DNA of 39,983 nt, from IMG/VR virus record IMGVR_UViG_3300017911_002256, positions 1-39,983 of that record; one strand, 5' to 3'. Under the pieces are notes generated by a model, which was not told the DNA's origin, made no database searches, and was given only the letters and a program-made list of their open reading frames with translations. Both the position numbers and the translations under genes were made by a program. The DNA comes from a virus. Its lineage: Duplodnaviria; Caudoviricetes. Positions 37,083 through 39,983 of this stretch are shown here, one piece after another (the first letter of the stretch is position 1; every line of letters begins with the position of its first letter).

Positions 37083-39974
37083 ATGGGTTTCATAATTGCA
37101 AACGCCATAAGCGTTGTAAAAACTTTTATAGCTGGAGTTAGTCGCTCAAGCATACTTGCGCTTAGCGGGCTTATTGCTTTCATATTTGATGCGGAAGAAG
37201 GCGTAAGTAGTACTTATGTTGGTGATGCCGCTGGGGATGACCGAACAAGTGGACGAGAGATTCAACCAGGTCGATGCTATGATTTTGACGGGACGAATGA
37301 TTATGTGAATATTGGAGCTATTTCAGCCATTGAAACAGCAGACTTCAGCATAAAATTACGAGTAAAAAACACGGAAACTAACGAAGGTCACTTTTTTTCT
37401 TTAGGTACAGGTGGTTCAGATGGTACATTTCTTCTTAGAAAGCTCGGTTCAGGTGTTGTAAATTGCGCTATATTCTTAAATGGTACCTCAGCTTCGGTGG
37501 GATCCACAACTGTCGTAAACGATGGTGCTTGGCATACAATAGCAGTCTCCGTTGATCGAGATGGCAATTTAACTTTAAATATAAATGATGGTGCTGAGAT
37601 TGCCTCAACAAGCATTTCAAGCTTAAACGGTTTTAGTCTTAACAATGGCAATGGCTGGGCTATAGGCTGCGAAAGAGCGGGTGCCCCAACTCAATTTTAT
37701 GATGGAATAATTCAATACTTAGAAGTCCGAGAAGGAGCAACAATAGACTCTGGAAATTATGTTGCTCTTTACAAAATGGAAGAATCCGCAGGAGCTATAG
37801 CTTACGACTCAAGCGGTAACGCTAATCACGGCACAATAACAAATGCGACACTTTCAACATTTCATGCAACGGATACGGGCGTAACCAAGTCTTATTCAAA
37901 TGATGTTGGATATAATGATGGAAATAATAACTTTCCTGTTTCTTCGGTTACTAGCCCAGGCTGGGTAAATCAACTTACGGGGCTAAGTTTGGTCGATTTC
38001 AAGTCATCTGGTAACTTCGCTTTGCGTTTTACTAACACCGATTTAACAAATGCAGTTCACAGGTCGTATAATATTACAAATATTGTAAATTTTGAGCAAG
38101 ATGATTGGCTTATTGTTTATGCAAAAAACAATGGGTCCCGTTACTTCTCTTATCGTATCACCGGCGGCGGGGTTGCGACTTACGATTTTACAACTGAATC
38201 TTTTTCAACTTTAACCGGGTTTGCCAATCAATCAATCGAAGTCAATGGGGATTGGCACAAACTTACACTTCAGCACAACCAAAGCTTCAGTAACCCAATA
38301 GTCCAGTTTGCCCATTCAGGGACAACTGCATTAACAAGACCAGATATAGCGCACACACCTGATAGTATAACAACAAGTATTGATTTTTTTATAGGCGTAT
38401 TGAAGGAAAACTCAGGTCAAATTGTCCCAACTTTTGGAAGTCAGGTTGTGAATAAGCTAATTCCCAGAAATGAAAGTGATACGGATAACGATATTCTCGG
38501 GAATAATCTAGATTACAGCGGTCGAGTGAAATATGATTTTGATTTAAAATCTTCTAACTGCCTTACGTTTGATGGAGTAGACGATTACGTCGATTGCGGT
38601 GACTTAGGCTCGGTAACGGAAGTAAGTTTTTATATTCAATCGGTTATCGATAATCAAGAAATTTTAACTTTAGATGGAGCTAATTCTGGTCGCATATATG
38701 TTACCGGGGGCGTATTATCTTTTGGTGGGTCACTCACCTCGACGGCTATAACAGTTGATGGTGTTTCGAAGACAGCAAGTGAAGCAGGTGCTTTAATAAA
38801 TGATAATGAATGGCATTTAGTTGTATGTACTGTTTCAAGTTTCACCGCTGACGATGTTCAATTAGGCAGAAATGCTTCGAGTTATGGAAACATCAGGCTT
38901 GCAAATGTTAAATTCAATGACGGTGTTTTAGCAGAATACCCACTAGCCGAAGGTGGTGGCTCAACAGTTTACGACGTTAGCGGAAACGCTAACCACGGAA
39001 CGATGACTAACTTTACGCTTTCAAATGCTTGGGGAACGACTCAAGATGTTTTTCATCACAACATCAATAACGGGTTCACTCAAGGCAAAAACTTTTTTTC
39101 TAACTCTGAAGATCTAAGTCATCCTGACTGGGCGGGATTCAGACTAACTAAAGTACTTGGGAGCGCAGTTGAAGGAATTACTTTAACTAATTTAGAAGCA
39201 AGTGAAACGAATCCAAACGGCTCCGCAACGTTACAAACTTTAAGTTCTCAAGCATCAGGAATGTACACATTTTCTTGTTATGCTAAAGCTAGCGATTCAA
39301 ATTTTGTTTTGTTAAGACCGAGTAATAATGCAAGTTTTGTTGATCGAGTGCAAACTTGGTTTAACCTGTCGACTGGCACAGTTGGTGCCTCTTCTTCCCC
39401 GGGTTCAAGTTTTACGCTTGATAGCACAAGTATCGAACTAATAGGAAGCGACTTATATCGATGCTCAATAACTTTCACGACATCAACTTTATTAGATATT
39501 TCAGCAAGAATTTACCTCACAACCGGTAATAACTCTAACAGCGTTACCATTGGTGATAGTGTAGATGTTGGTGGTATCCAATTTGAAAATGGAGAGCTAA
39601 GTGCTTATCAAAAAACAACTGACATAGCGTTAAACGGTATTAAATTGCCCGTACTTTCAACCGGAAACGACGATGTTTTAAACCTTGGGATTTCAAATCC
39701 ATCTGGAGCTTTCCACAACAACGCTGAAACTATGTATGCTGCACCAGAAGCTCCAGCTCTTAGAGTGGCAGATGACGCAAAACCAACAGCACGTCTTTAT
39801 AGCGGAGCAAACCCAGTTGAACTTGGTTACGATGATTTCGAAAAAGATTTTGACGATGAAGGGTTTTATTTCTCGGACGTTTCAACAGCGAATGAGTATA
39901 AAAACTTACTAATTTTCGATGAAGAAAAAACTGGATCGGACTTAACAGACATACAAACATTTTTAAACCACTAA
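37083..39974 (+). CDS. large LamG/ConA-like repeat virion protein (head fibre or receptor-binding)
   Basis: Two FDG.[ND]DYV...WH...E..G...YD.SGNANHGT LamG repeats alternating with other beta-rich modules. Confidence 0.85.
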   Translation: MGFIIANAISVVKTFIAGVSRSSILALSGLIAFIFDAEEGVSSTYVGDAAGDDRTSGREIQPGRCYDFDGTNDYVNIGAISAIETADFSIKLRVKNTETNEGHFFSLGTGGSDGTFLLRKLGSGVVNCAIFLNGTSASVGSTTVVNDGAWHTIAVSVDRDGNLTLNINDGAEIASTSISSLNGFSLNNGNGWAIGCERAGAPTQFYDGIIQYLEVREGATIDSGNYVALYKMEESAGAIAYDSSGNANHGTITNATLSTFHATDTGVTKSYSNDVGYNDGNNNFPVSSVTSPGWVNQLTGLSLVDFKSSGNFALRFTNTDLTNAVHRSYNITNIVNFEQDDWLIVYAKNNGSRYFSYRITGGGVATYDFTTESFSTLTGFANQSIEVNGDWHKLTLQHNQSFSNPIVQFAHSGTTALTRPDIAHTPDSITTSIDFFIGVLKENSGQIVPTFGSQVVNKLIPRNESDTDNDILGNNLDYSGRVKYDFDLKSSNCLTFDGVDDYVDCGDLGSVTEVSFYIQSVIDNQEILTLDGANSGRIYVTGGVLSFGGSLTSTAITVDGVSKTASEAGALINDNEWHLVVCTVSSFTADDVQLGRNASSYGNIRLANVKFNDGVLAEYPLAEGGGSTVYDVSGNANHGTMTNFTLSNAWGTTQDVFHHNINNGFTQGKNFFSNSEDLSHPDWAGFRLTKVLGSAVEGITLTNLEASETNPNGSATLQTLSSQASGMYTFSCYAKASDSNFVLLRPSNNASFVDRVQTWFNLSTGTVGASSSPGSSFTLDSTSIELIGSDLYRCSITFTTSTLLDISARIYLTTGNNSNSVTIGDSVDVGGIQFENGELSAYQKTTDIALNGIKLPVLSTGNDDVLNLGISNPSGAFHNNAETMYAAPEAPALRVADDAKPTARLYSGANPVELGYDDFEKDFDDEGFYFSDVSTANEYKNLLIFDEEKTGSDLTDIQTFLNH

Positions 39975-39983
39975 GAGGTATAC
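38802..39983 (+). repeat. Imperfect terminal direct repeat, copy B (pairs with 1..1176)
   Basis: See copy A; the window ends exactly at AAGAGGTATAC, the base before the ATG of gene 1177. Confidence 0.95.

Noticed and set aside
38802-39983. True terminal direct repeat, or invertase-driven shufflon
   Set aside because: The copies differ over a ~570-nt core and are in direct orientation; no site-specific recombinase is seen; the exact-match lengths look like assembler k-mers.
1-39983. Alternative genetic code, introns/inteins, tRNAs, integrase
   Set aside because: Standard-code ORFs tile the genome densely; PolA, TerL and helicases have normal lengths; no cloverleaf or recombinase motif was seen by eye.

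Overview
Essentially complete ~38.8 kb genome of an AT-rich podovirus-like tailed phage. The virion module is Bordetella BPP-1/T7-like (TerS, TerL, GNAT, portal, scaffold, capsid, cement, tail tubular A/B, three ejection proteins, fibres and a large LamG protein; + strand, 15802-39974). It continues across the window junction into a lysis cassette (1-3698). A - strand replication module (3893-14172) encodes an SF3 helicase, PolA, SSB, a PD-(D/E)XK nuclease, an SNF2 helicase, DUF3310, a kinase and RusA. I see no RNA polymerase, integrase, primase, reverse transcriptase, tRNA or CRISPR array. Main points: (1) the two ends (1-1176 and 38802-39983) are two alleles of the same receptor-binding gene 3' end, with shared flanks and different ~190-aa cores; (2) a stand-alone, probably membrane-anchored PAS protein and a PLA2-like protein sit inside the lysis cassette; (3) an unannotated ribbon-helix-helix gene and an outer-membrane beta-barrel form a small operon with palindromic operators; (4) GGCC is almost absent, and the only site I found lies in one swapped allele. 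All family assignments come from motif recognition by eye, not from database searches.
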